Origin: Bacillota bacterium
Lineage (GTDB): Bacteria > Bacillota > Clostridia > Lachnospirales > Lachnospiraceae
Reading direction: 5' to 3'
DNA length: 64,000 nucleotides
Assembly: GCA_023415635.1 (NCBI GenBank)
Contig: JAEZJV010000086.1
Span: 24,195 to 88,194 of the forward strand
The notes beneath the pieces were generated by a model. That model worked only from the letters and a program-made list of their open reading frames with translations, had not been told where the DNA came from and did not search any database. A program made the position numbers and the translations under genes. Below, in pieces: positions 39,109-48,843 of this stretch. The first letter of the stretch is position 1; every line of letters begins with the position of its first letter.

Positions 39109-41181
39109 TTATTTCACATACTGTACAGTAAATTTTGATTCTTTAGCTCCGGCGAAGACGATATAGCCATCCTCGGGCAGAGTAACCCTTCTGTTCCCTG
39201 TAACTATGGAGCTGTATACACAGCCTCCGTTCTTATCATAAACGGAGAAGGAAGCTTTCTTGGGAACGGATACTCGGATTGTCTTATTTTCAGCTTTGTT
39301 TCCGATGGTGAACCATTGTGCATATCCGTCTTTTCCTATCGCAACGGTAAAGGAAGCTTTGGTTGATAAAGACTTCACCCCTTCCTCTCTCATAAGAAGT
39401 GTACCTCTGATATCCAGATATTCTATGCCGTTTTTAGTGGTGAAGATATAATCAGTCAGGTCTCTTCCTAATTGTCCGGGTATCTCGCACTGCATCTGTG
39501 CAAGATTACTGTCTATGATCTTTGCATTAAAAACATAACCCTTGATATTCTTCGATAATTGCAGAGACATTGCAGGGATAATAAGCGTATAAGCTTCTGA
39601 AGAATATTTCTCATCAAGGGTGTAATATATTTTACCTTCTCTCTTCTCCCAGGCATCCTTAACCTTTTTGGAAATTGCATTGTCTGTAAGCTTCTGACCC
39701 TGATAGAAGCCGGAAGCCGTTTGACCAAGGTATGGATAGGTTGGATAGGAAAGGACATAAAAATATGTATTACCGTTGCTTTCTTTCTCAAAGGATGCGA
39801 CAGCGCTACCATCGGGCGAGGTAAATTTACCTTCTCCGGTATATACAAAGGTTTGTGTTCTTTCTCCCATATTCAGGCTCAATACACCACTATCATCAAT
39901 ATCTATAGTGAATATACCACTGTAATAGCCATAGTATCCGGCATTTTCTTTTTCAGAGGCAGGCATATCAACCTTGATTGGTAAATTGAAGGTTTTATCG
40001 GGTCTGATAGCTGAAATGCTTCCCTTAGCCAATAGCGCATTTAATAAAACTGTCTGTATCATAACCTGGTTATATGCGCTAGATCCTCCGGTGCTAAGCA
40101 CTGCCATAGCCATACCCTCCTCGGGCAAAACCACAAGGCTTCCATGATATAGAGCGTTATCACCGCCCTTCACAAGTGCTTTAATTCCGTAATCGGTAAA
40201 TGGATAGGTATTGACACTGTCCCATCCAAGTCCATAACAGAAGGAGGAATCCTTTTCGGGATACCAGATACCATTCAGATATTCCTTCTCAGCCATTGCT
40301 GCTGCTGATTTATCTGTTAAAATCTTCCCTTCATCATTATATAGGAACACTTGTGCGAACTTGCATAAATCCTCTGCTGTGGAGTATATCCCGCCTGCAC
40401 CGATAACATTCAGATATTCAGCAGGCAGTGAGGAATCGGAAACAGGCAAATAAGCTTTCGCCAACTGTTCTTTGTCAAACTTGTCTAGTGGAGTCTTGGT
40501 ATGCTTCATGGCGAGCGGTGCTGAGATTTCTTCTGCCAGGTACTCGGAGAAGCTCTTCTTGCTTACCCTTTCCACTATAAGCTGAGCCAGACTGAAGCCG
40601 TCATTGCAATAAACACTGTATGCACCCGGATCAGCTTTTAATCGTTGTGTTTTCAGCTTCTCTAGCAGGGTATCCATCGATACAGTATCCGCATCATCAA
40701 ATAAAAGAGCACTGCCGAAGGTGGAACCCATCAGACCCGAGGAATGGTTCAAAAGCATTCTTACGGTAATATCCTTATAACGCTTATCCGCCATCTTAAA
40801 TTCTGGCAGATATTTCACAACAGGTGCATCGAGATTTATCTTCCCCTCCTCAGTCAGCTTCATTACTGCTGCTGCCGTGAACATCTTGCTGACTGAGCCA
40901 ATTGCATACATCGTTTCTTTCGTAACAGGTGCCATGCTTTCCTTACTATATACACCTGAATTACCCGAAAAAACAATTTCTCCGTCATCGATCAGTGCAT
41001 ATTGGACACTGGTTTCACCGTAATACGAAGTCAGAGCATCTGCCAGCTGCTGCGCTTTCTTGGCAGTATCCTCATAATTAATTGCTGCATAGGCTGATGG
41101 TGTACCCAAATTCAATGGCAGGATTACCATCGTGACCGCCAGGATGATAGCCATCCCGGACCTCATTATTCTCTTTAACAT
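39109..41181 (-). CDS. Secreted serine hydrolase, class C beta-lactamase/D-peptidase family, with C-terminal extension
   Basis: Signal peptide; SVSK (SxxK), LLNHSSG, YCN (YxN), KGG; GGAGGA RBS before MLKRIM. Confidence 0.88.
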   Translation of the reverse strand: MLKRIMRSGMAIILAVTMVILPLNLGTPSAYAAINYEDTAKKAQQLADALTSYYGETSVQYALIDDGEIVFSGNSGVYSKESMAPVTKETMYAIGSVSKMFTAAAVMKLTEEGKINLDAPVVKYLPEFKMADKRYKDITVRMLLNHSSGLMGSTFGSALLFDDADTVSMDTLLEKLKTQRLKADPGAYSVYCNDGFSLAQLIVERVSKKSFSEYLAEEISAPLAMKHTKTPLDKFDKEQLAKAYLPVSDSSLPAEYLNVIGAGGIYSTAEDLCKFAQVFLYNDEGKILTDKSAAAMAEKEYLNGIWYPEKDSSFCYGLGWDSVNTYPFTDYGIKALVKGGDNALYHGSLVVLPEEGMAMAVLSTGGSSAYNQVMIQTVLLNALLAKGSISAIRPDKTFNLPIKVDMPASEKENAGYYGYYSGIFTIDIDDSGVLSLNMGERTQTFVYTGEGKFTSPDGSAVASFEKESNGNTYFYVLSYPTYPYLGQTASGFYQGQKLTDNAISKKVKDAWEKREGKIYYTLDEKYSSEAYTLIIPAMSLQLSKNIKGYVFNAKIIDSNLAQMQCEIPGQLGRDLTDYIFTTKNGIEYLDIRGTLLMREEGVKSLSTKASFTVAIGKDGYAQWFTIGNKAENKTIRVSVPKKASFSVYDKNGGCVYSSIVTGNRRVTLPEDGYIVFAGAKESKFTVQYVK

Positions 41182-41257
41182 ATTATTCCTCCATATTTTT
41201 CTATTGATTAACAACCATAAGCGAATTATACCACTTTGTAAAATGTATACAATCACC

Positions 41258-42481
41258 TTAATCAATTTTTAATCTTTTTTTAGATTTCGCAATCCATATA
41301 AAACCGGTAAGAAGCACCGGCAACAATATCCAGGCCCTCAGTAGCCCAGTCAATAAACCGCATTGCCATAAAATAACCAGTATAATACCCTCTGTCACAG
41401 TGAAAAGGATTGCCAGCCATGCCGGTCGAAAAGCATCAAGCAGGTAGTGCCTATGCACAAGCAGCAATATAAGGCTTAAGGTAGCCGCAGAAAGACAGGT
41501 GAGTGATATTCGGATTAGTCGTAACAGCATGATATCCTTCGGATTAGGAGATAGGTATGCAACACTGATTCGAAACCTTCTCCACTCGCTGACCTTTCTT
41601 CCCCAGAAATCAAGATCTGACCAATTTGTGGGGATCAGGCGCTGCGGAATAAATAGTTTAAGCTCCAGGCTCCACCGTAGTAACCCCCAGAGCGCAAGGA
41701 GGATTACGACACCTACCAGAACCTGAAACAGCAGGCTTCTCCTTCTCCAAAGCTCGGTAAGCAGCTCAAACATTAGGTAAAGTGCCAGAAACCATGCCGG
41801 AAGCAACGCTGAGGACTTGAGCAGCTTTGCATAAAAGCTTCCCTCCAGAAGAACGCCTGCTTCGTTCACACCATTCTGCAGCAGAAAGGTATTCGCTTTC
41901 TGATCACCGTTTTCAATATTGGTGCATATCAGCTCAACGTTTGAATAAGCATAGTTCTCGTCCTTCTCCTGTATCAGACAGACCGGGATTTCAGACTTTA
42001 TGATCCCTCTGATACAATAGTCCTCCTCCTGATATGTGAGCAGGTGCCCAACCGAATGTGCTGTACCAAACAAAGTATATGCCGTCTTATCATCAAGGAG
42101 GCAACCGGCATAATCATCCGAGGACGGTATACTCCCTTCCTTTAATTCTACGGGATAAATAGTACTCATATCTCCGAAGACAGCAATCAGATTGATCTTA
42201 CTTTCCGTATTCAATTCCGTATTCCGAAGAATCTGATTCTTACGCATGTTCCAGGCTGCAACTGCCTGAATTGCCTGTGAGCTCTCTTTACTTTCTCTTT
42301 CCATTGCTTGCATCAGGGCCCTTTGCGTAATCTGTTCCTGCTCCAGTCGTATACTAACAGATGGGTATCGACTGTAGATTTCCTCTATATAGTAGATTGC
42401 AGCCCCCCACAGGAACAAGATCATACCAAATAAGAAAGCAGAGCTTAAGAGTCGTAGCATATTATTTTTCGATATTACCAT
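41258..42481 (-). CDS. Membrane protein with a MacB-like extracytoplasmic core
   Basis: N-terminal TM, loop with EGSIP...CLLDDKTAYTLFG...VG..L...Y.IRGI (MacB periplasmic core-like), several C-terminal TMs; overlaps the upstream gene. Confidence 0.7.
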   Translation of the reverse strand: MVISKNNMLRLLSSAFLFGMILFLWGAAIYYIEEIYSRYPSVSIRLEQEQITQRALMQAMERESKESSQAIQAVAAWNMRKNQILRNTELNTESKINLIAVFGDMSTIYPVELKEGSIPSSDDYAGCLLDDKTAYTLFGTAHSVGHLLTYQEEDYCIRGIIKSEIPVCLIQEKDENYAYSNVELICTNIENGDQKANTFLLQNGVNEAGVLLEGSFYAKLLKSSALLPAWFLALYLMFELLTELWRRRSLLFQVLVGVVILLALWGLLRWSLELKLFIPQRLIPTNWSDLDFWGRKVSEWRRFRISVAYLSPNPKDIMLLRLIRISLTCLSAATLSLILLLVHRHYLLDAFRPAWLAILFTVTEGIILVILWQCGLLTGLLRAWILLPVLLTGFIWIAKSKKRLKID

Positions 42482-44714
42482 CCATTCTCACCCTGTCCCC
42501 TTCCTCGATATGCTTGCTGCTTGACACAACAATCCTATCCTTATCACTAAGGCTGGCTTCTATCGCGGCAGTATCATAATTCTTGTCAAGAACAGTGACA
42601 TTTTGTCTTGCAACCGTCAGCTCCTCTCCAAGAACCGTATTGGTTTCCCGGATTATTAATACATAATTCACTCCCATAGCATCCGATCGTATCGATTGGA
42701 TTGGTACGGTCTGGTAATATTGCTCTGACTGATGCTCCACAACAAAATCCACTGTCGTTCCTGCCGTAAATTCACCCTCGGGGAGTATTGCGGTAAGGGA
42801 AACCATCCCCTCTGAGTCCTCTTGTCCAATTCCTTCAATCACAACCTGAAGGAGCTCGTTCCTCTTTAATATCAGAGTCATATCATCTCCCTGGCTAAGA
42901 TGCTTCGCTTCTTCCTTTGTAACCCTGCCCACAAAACGGCATTGCTCCAGAGAAAGGGACACCCGTTTAGAGCCATCAATTCTATTACCTGCTTCAGGCT
43001 CCAGCTTCTGCACCACTCCGTCTGCAGGTGCTGCAACCTCACCCTGCACAAAAATTAATGTGTCCATATCCTCAACTGCCGCTTTTATCTCCTCTACCTT
43101 CATTCTAGCCAGCTCTACATTCAGCTCATTAACCTGTCTGTTCTTCTCGGATAATTGTAAGGTTTTCTCATCACTTTCTTCAGCTTCGGTCAGATTGATT
43201 CTGGCATCCTCCAAATTTCTTTGGGCAATCTTTAGCGTTTGTGCTTCCGTACTTAGCACTTTAGTATAATCAATGCTTCCATCAAGGATGGCAAAATATT
43301 CAGCAGTCGCTTCAGAAAGCTGATCCTTAGCCACTGATACCGCTTCAGCTGCTTCCTTCAGAGATAGTTTCCAGGTGTTTTTGATCCTTGAAAGTTCTTC
43401 CTTGGTAAAGGTGGCTGTCTCCTCCGCTTCCTTCACAGCCTTCAGGTGATCTGTATCATCTGTCTTCGTAACCTTAGCCAATACTGCCTGATATGCGTTG
43501 TTAATTTCTACTTCATTATTATTCCTGAGGGCTACGCCGTAGGCATGGATCATTTCAGACAGTTCCCTGTCTTTCTCTATTGTTTCCTCCAATTCGCTAT
43601 AGGCATCCTCATATGCCCTGATACAGGAAGCCTTCCGTTCCGTTGACAACATGCTGCCTGTCTCCATAGCATTAATAAAGGTGAATTTCGCATCCTCACA
43701 GGCTTTGGTCAATTTTTCCTTTGCATTTGCAATCATCTTTAGGTGCGTCTTATAATCCTGCTCTCCGTAATATAGTTTTATAATGCTCTGTACCTCATTA
43801 GCCAGGGGCTCAGTATTTTTCTGGTCTATATTAGTTAGGGGAAGCTCCTGCACGATTTTATAGAAGCTGATATCGATGATATTAATCATCTGCAGAATAT
43901 CACTGGCCCCAATCATACCTGTCGAGGAAGTATCCTCCGCCTCAGGTTCCGTAAGCTTTGCACTTGATAAAAGCACTGCCGTCTTATATGCCGCCAGAGC
44001 TTCTTCTGCTTTTTCTCTGACGTCAGTCAGTTTTTCCAATGCTTCCTCTGCATCTGTTGCATTATAATTCGCTTTTCTTACAGCATAAGCTTTTTCCTGC
44101 TGCCGGGCGGAATAGGCTTCCTTCGCATTATCATAGTCGACTTTTGCGTTATCATATTGTTTCTTACTATCTCTTTTTAGCTTCGTTTTAGCCAGATGGA
44201 AGTCTTCCTCTGCCAGCTTTAGATCAAGCTCTGCTCTTTGCAGCCTGATCTGTGCAGCTTCTAGGGCAGTATCGGCAGCTGCCTCCTGTCGGTTCAGCTT
44301 TTCCTTCTCTAAAGATAGCTCCTCTTTCTTAAGTTCACTCCCAAGTTCATCCCTGATTTCTTTCAAATCCTTCAGATCATAACGGAGCAGGACCGTTCCT
44401 TTCTCCACATACTGTCCGACTTTGGCTTCGATCGCTTCGACCAGGGCACCCTCATACAGATCAATGAATTGCTCTGATGCCGCCTCGAGGGTCCCGCCTC
44501 CTTCGATAGAGAAATCCAATATTCCTCTTTTTATTATTGTCGTCTGTACCTTCGCAATAGTAAAGCTATCAAGAGATCTGGAAATCATGGTTAAAATGAG
44601 CATCAGGATAAAAAAACCTGCAAGAAATCTACGAAGAACTACCTTTCCATCAGGCTTTTTTATCTCGGTGCTTCGTGTTAGTTCATAAATAATCTTATCT
44701 AAAAGCTTTTTCAT
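42462..44714 (-). CDS. Membrane-fusion (HlyD/RND adaptor-like) protein with a very long coiled-coil hairpin
   Basis: N-terminal TM, lipoyl half VGQYVEKGTVLL, long helical region, second half VAAPADGVV, C-terminal VPIQSIRSD..YVL...IEEGDRV; AGGAG RBS before MKKLL. Confidence 0.82.
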   Translation of the reverse strand: MKKLLDKIIYELTRSTEIKKPDGKVVLRRFLAGFFILMLILTMISRSLDSFTIAKVQTTIIKRGILDFSIEGGGTLEAASEQFIDLYEGALVEAIEAKVGQYVEKGTVLLRYDLKDLKEIRDELGSELKKEELSLEKEKLNRQEAAADTALEAAQIRLQRAELDLKLAEEDFHLAKTKLKRDSKKQYDNAKVDYDNAKEAYSARQQEKAYAVRKANYNATDAEEALEKLTDVREKAEEALAAYKTAVLLSSAKLTEPEAEDTSSTGMIGASDILQMINIIDISFYKIVQELPLTNIDQKNTEPLANEVQSIIKLYYGEQDYKTHLKMIANAKEKLTKACEDAKFTFINAMETGSMLSTERKASCIRAYEDAYSELEETIEKDRELSEMIHAYGVALRNNNEVEINNAYQAVLAKVTKTDDTDHLKAVKEAEETATFTKEELSRIKNTWKLSLKEAAEAVSVAKDQLSEATAEYFAILDGSIDYTKVLSTEAQTLKIAQRNLEDARINLTEAEESDEKTLQLSEKNRQVNELNVELARMKVEEIKAAVEDMDTLIFVQGEVAAPADGVVQKLEPEAGNRIDGSKRVSLSLEQCRFVGRVTKEEAKHLSQGDDMTLILKRNELLQVVIEGIGQEDSEGMVSLTAILPEGEFTAGTTVDFVVEHQSEQYYQTVPIQSIRSDAMGVNYVLIIRETNTVLGEELTVARQNVTVLDKNYDTAAIEASLSDKDRIVVSSSKHIEEGDRVRMDGNIEK

Positions 44715-44815
44715 ATCTTCTCCTATTCCTATAAGCTTCGTTTTGTTTGTCATAAGGGACTGTTACATAAAGTTTATTGATGGCTTAGTAAGGAATTTAT
44801 TTGACAACATTCCTT

Positions 44816-45661
44816 TTATTCCTTCACTCCGGATGCAATAATTCCTTCCTCAATATAGTCCTGCCCTAGCAGAAAAAGTAAAATTGCCGGTACCATAGTA
44901 ATCATAGAGGCTACCATCGCAACTCCAAGCTTCTGGGAAGCAATCTCAGGCAGATAGAGGGATAAGGGCCACAGGGCCCTATCCTTTAGAAACGTGATTG
45001 GCTGCTCCACCGCATTCCATCCCTCCAGAAACCCCAGTATAAAGGCTGAGATTATTCCCGGAGTCCCTAAGGGGAGTCCAATATGCAAAAAAACCGCCAG
45101 TTCACCTGCACCATCTACCTTTGCAGCTTCAATCATAGCCAGGGGAATTGCTTTAAAGCATTTCTCCATAATGAATACCGGAAAGGTGGAAAATATCATT
45201 GGAAGGATTAAGGAGAAGTGCGTATTCATTAATCCTAGGCGATTCAATACCAAATAGCTTGATACCATTGTCACCTGGAAGGGAAGGAGCATAAGTACGA
45301 TATAAAGAACAAAAAGTGTTTCCCTTCCACGAAACCGGAATCTTGCAAAGCTCCAAGCAGCAGGAAGTGCAATGATCAGCTGACCGGCTAATCCGGGAAA
45401 AACCTGAATACAGGAGTTCCAGAACATAGTGAGGAAACCGGGGGTATCAAAGAAGAGCCTGAGCAGGGGGCGCAAAGTCGGATATTGCGGCAACACATGC
45501 CATTTGGTATAACCTTCTCCTATTCCCAGTACCATCCCGATACATTCAACAAGTTCAACTTCTCCCATCAGGGAGCCGGACAGCAGCATCCAGAGTGGAA
45601 AGCAGATCATCAGGGAGAAGACAAGTAATACCAGGAAGGAAATGGTCCTCTTTCTCTTCAT
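44816..45661 (-). CDS. Carbohydrate ABC permease (MalG/CUT1 type)
   Basis: 6 TMs, MLLPFQV, EAA loop EAAKVDGAG, FLEGWN. Confidence 0.92.
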   Translation of the reverse strand: MKRKRTISFLVLLVFSLMICFPLWMLLSGSLMGEVELVECIGMVLGIGEGYTKWHVLPQYPTLRPLLRLFFDTPGFLTMFWNSCIQVFPGLAGQLIIALPAAWSFARFRFRGRETLFVLYIVLMLLPFQVTMVSSYLVLNRLGLMNTHFSLILPMIFSTFPVFIMEKCFKAIPLAMIEAAKVDGAGELAVFLHIGLPLGTPGIISAFILGFLEGWNAVEQPITFLKDRALWPLSLYLPEIASQKLGVAMVASMITMVPAILLFLLGQDYIEEGIIASGVKE

Positions 45662-46518
45662 TCCTCTACCTCTTTACTGTCCAGCCTTCTGATCAACAGC
45701 ACAAATATCACAAAGCAAGCGGCAATCATCACTGCGGCAGCACACATCTTCTGTAAGTCAAGGGCAATAAACCAATTATTGAACAGATGCTGGAGCATGT
45801 AGATACTATCCTGAGGGTAGCCGCCGGCAATCAGATAAGCCTCACGAAACACCTTGAAGGAATTTACGAAGGACAAAATCACGGTAACGGAGAGCGTCGG
45901 CAACAGCCCGGGCATCGTAATATAGCGAAACTTCTTCCAGGTTCCTGCTCCATCGAGTGATGCCGCCTCGTACAGGGCAGAGGAAATACTGCTCAAGCCG
46001 GAGTTCCATAGAACCATATCATAACCTGTGTTCTTCCACAGATAGCTGAATACCAGCACATAGAATGCCCTACTTGTACCCATAAAATCTACCGGATTTC
46101 TATGCATCATAAGCAGGCCATGGTTAATCAAGCCGTTCTCATGGAAAAACACCTGCCAAAGCAGTGCTACGCATGCAACCGGTATTGCCATGGGCACCAA
46201 AAAAATCGTCTTAAAGAAGCTGCCACTCCTCCTGCCATAAGACAGCAAGGACAGAAGCAGACTAAACACAATTAGAAGCGGAATACAGGTCAGCAAAAAC
46301 CGCCCTGTGTTACCTGCTGCCAATAAAAATGCCTTATTATGTATCACGGTTTGATAATTGTTCAAGCTGACGAATTTTCTTCCCATAGCATCATAGAAAG
46401 ATCTTCGGACCGCATCTGCAAACGGCAGCAGAATGAGGACTGTAATTCCCACTAGACTGGGTGCTAGAAACAGCCATGCAGTCCTGGTCTCCTTCTTTCG
46501 ATATTCTTTTCTCTTCAA
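45658..46518 (-). CDS. Carbohydrate ABC permease (MalF/CUT1 type)
   Basis: FLAPSL, WKNTGYDM, LYEAASLDGA, SFKVFRE; TTG start. Confidence 0.92.
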   Translation of the reverse strand: MKRKEYRKKETRTAWLFLAPSLVGITVLILLPFADAVRRSFYDAMGRKFVSLNNYQTVIHNKAFLLAAGNTGRFLLTCIPLLIVFSLLLSLLSYGRRSGSFFKTIFLVPMAIPVACVALLWQVFFHENGLINHGLLMMHRNPVDFMGTSRAFYVLVFSYLWKNTGYDMVLWNSGLSSISSALYEAASLDGAGTWKKFRYITMPGLLPTLSVTVILSFVNSFKVFREAYLIAGGYPQDSIYMLQHLFNNWFIALDLQKMCAAAVMIAACFVIFVLLIRRLDSKEVEE

Positions 46519-46563
46519 TGCAATTTCCTGCCTTTCACGGTAATCAAAGCTTTATTTTGAATC

Positions 46564-46596
46564 ATCCTAACACAGTAATCTCTAAATAACCTTAAG
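46564..46596 (-). promoter_or_regulatory. Response-regulator box plus -10 (copy 1)
   Basis: Minus strand CTTAAG-GTTAT-TTAGAG-N10-TAGGAT. Confidence 0.75.
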
Positions 46597-46699
46597 TGAT
46601 ACCGGTAAAAAAGACTTTCCAGTCCAGAAATTATTTCCCTCCGTTTTTACGGAAGATTCCTGTCCTAGAAAGCCTTATGATTTCTATCTGTTAATAATT

Positions 46700-47998
46700 T
46701 TAGTCGTCTGCCTTGCAGGGAAACCTCATCAGGAAAGTTGCTCCTCCCCCCGGTGTATCTTCTAATAGGATGCTTCCATGAAGCAGCTCGATGAGTTCCT
46801 TCGCAATACTGAGACCAAGTCCATAGTGCTGCTTATCTGCTCTTGAACTATCCCGGCGGTAGAACCGCTCAAACACATGTGGCTTGTCCTCCGGCAAAAT
46901 CCCTTCTCCGTTGTCCTCTACGGCTATCTTGATAAAATGCCTCTGCTGCCACACCCGCAAGGTGATCCTTCCCTCCTCCGAGATATGATTCATCGCATTA
47001 TCTACCAGAATAGTCAAAATCTGTTTTAGCCGCTCCTTATCTCCGTTAATACTGCAAAGTTTTTCTTCGGGTAAATCCAGGGTTATTACCGCATGCTTCG
47101 GATTCATACAGGTGCAAAACATATCATAGCATTCGATCAGAAGCGTATCCATATCCACCCTTTCCCAGGTCAGTTCCCAGGATTTCGTATCGGCTGCTGC
47201 CAGAAGCAGCATTTCATTAATCAGTCGGGACATGCGATTACATTCCCCTTCCACGTGGGGAAGAAACTTGTGCGCCTCTGTCATATCCTCCTTTATGGAA
47301 TCTATTCCTGTTTTAATAACCGTAAGGGGAGACCGCAACTCATGGGAGGCGGCTGCAATAAATTCCTTCTGCTTGCGTTGACCCTCCTCAAGCGGATGTA
47401 ATACCTTGCGGATAAACAAAGAACTGACAAGAAAGAGTGCTATAATACCCAGTAAGTCATAGAATATAAAAATCATGAGCTCCTTGAGCAAAACACTGTT
47501 CCTCCGCGTATCATAATACAAAACCATAACATTCACTCTGCTTTTCTCCCTGGGTATACGAACTGCCATTCCCAGCTGCAGATTTCTTCTACTATGATTA
47601 AGATTAAAAACAGAGGTTTTTTCGATTTTCGAGAATAATGGTCTACTATCTAGATAAATTTGTTCCGATGCTGCCTCTTTTTTTAACTTTCCAATCATTT
47701 TCTCCATGCGATCCGAGGAAATACTCCGGCTTACGGAGGAAAGTCTTTTCCCGTTCTCCTCCACAACTACAAAAAGATGATTCTCCTGACTCATCTTCTT
47801 CATCCAAGTATTATTAATGATGTTTTCCGAACGAATCTTTTCAACTACCTGCTCCGAATTCTTCTGAAACTGGAGCAGTGTCTGTTCATAATTATTATAG
47901 TAATTCAGAAGAATAATTCCCAGGATAACAATAGTCAAGACAATACTGGAGGTTACTCCGTAGATCATTGTCAAACGGTTCTTAAGCTTCGTTATCAT
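46700..47998 (-). CDS. Sensor histidine kinase (2 TM, HisKA, HATPase; no obvious HAMP)
   Basis: ASHELRSPLT, ILVDNA, EDNGEGI, FERFYR, GLGLSIA. Confidence 0.94.
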   Translation of the reverse strand: MITKLKNRLTMIYGVTSSIVLTIVILGIILLNYYNNYEQTLLQFQKNSEQVVEKIRSENIINNTWMKKMSQENHLFVVVEENGKRLSSVSRSISSDRMEKMIGKLKKEAASEQIYLDSRPLFSKIEKTSVFNLNHSRRNLQLGMAVRIPREKSRVNVMVLYYDTRRNSVLLKELMIFIFYDLLGIIALFLVSSLFIRKVLHPLEEGQRKQKEFIAAASHELRSPLTVIKTGIDSIKEDMTEAHKFLPHVEGECNRMSRLINEMLLLAAADTKSWELTWERVDMDTLLIECYDMFCTCMNPKHAVITLDLPEEKLCSINGDKERLKQILTILVDNAMNHISEEGRITLRVWQQRHFIKIAVEDNGEGILPEDKPHVFERFYRRDSSRADKQHYGLGLSIAKELIELLHGSILLEDTPGGGATFLMRFPCKADD

Positions 47999-48001
47999 GA
48001 C

Positions 48002-48673
48002 TTATTCCTCCAATTGATATCCCACGGAACGTATCGTCCTTATGGTGGCCTTACTATGGATCGACTTCAATCTCTTTCTCAGAAAACAGATAAAATTGTC
48101 CAGGTTACTATCCGTCACGAAGCTATCCGCACCCCAGACCCGTGTCAGAAGTGTCTCTCTGGTTAGTACCTGCCCCTTATTCTTAATAAAAAAGGCCAGT
48201 AGATCGCTTTCTCTTCTGGAGATACTGCAGCACTCACTTTTCCCGGCGAGCTCCAGCTTCGCTGCATTCAGGCAGAAGTCAGAAAAGTACAGCTGCTCTA
48301 AGCTCTCCAGCCGAACCGGTCTCCGTGCCAATGCCCTAATTCTTGCCAGTAGTTCCTCCATGTCGAAGGGCTTAGTGAGATAGTCATCTGCCCCCGTATC
48401 CAACCCCTCAATCCGATTCTGTAGGGTACCCATGGCCGTCAGCATAAGAACAGGGGTTTTGATCTGCTTTTCCCGAAGCTTGTGAAGAAGCATTATTCCA
48501 TTAATACCGGGGAGCATCCTGTCAAGAACAATTACATCATAGCTCTGCTTCTCTATATAGAACATAGCATCTGCCCCATCATTACAGAAATCTACTTCAA
48601 TATTATTCTTCTTCAATTGGTACTCCAGAATGGAACATAAATTCCTATCATCCTCCACAATCAACAGATACAT
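48002..48673 (-). CDS. OmpR/PhoB-family response regulator
   Basis: LIVEDD, LDRMLP, LTA, GADDYLTKPF, winged helix ending IRSVGY. Confidence 0.95.
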   Translation of the reverse strand: MYLLIVEDDRNLCSILEYQLKKNNIEVDFCNDGADAMFYIEKQSYDVIVLDRMLPGINGIMLLHKLREKQIKTPVLMLTAMGTLQNRIEGLDTGADDYLTKPFDMEELLARIRALARRPVRLESLEQLYFSDFCLNAAKLELAGKSECCSISRRESDLLAFFIKNKGQVLTRETLLTRVWGADSFVTDSNLDNFICFLRKRLKSIHSKATIRTIRSVGYQLEE

Positions 48674-48758
48674 GCTATTCCCCTCCTCATAATTAATCTT
48701 CCTGCCTCTTGCAAAAGTCTGGCAAATATGATATCTAATTTTTTACAGGGCTTAGAAA

Positions 48759-48791
48759 TTTAAGGTTGTTTAGAGATAAACACGTTATAAC
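48759..48791 (+). promoter_or_regulatory. Response-regulator box plus -10 (copy 2)
   Basis: TTTAAG-GTTGT-TTAGAG-N10-TATAAC. Confidence 0.75.
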
Positions 48792-48843
48792 ATATCTGTA
48801 AGTATTATGCAATATTTTAATTTGGATAGGAAAGGGGCATATC

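Noticed and set aside
39109..41181. Serine hydrolase as part of the hybrid transport module
   Set aside because: It has its own promoter-like TTGTAT-N16-TATAAT near 41225-41252 and lacks the shared box, so linkage is unproven.
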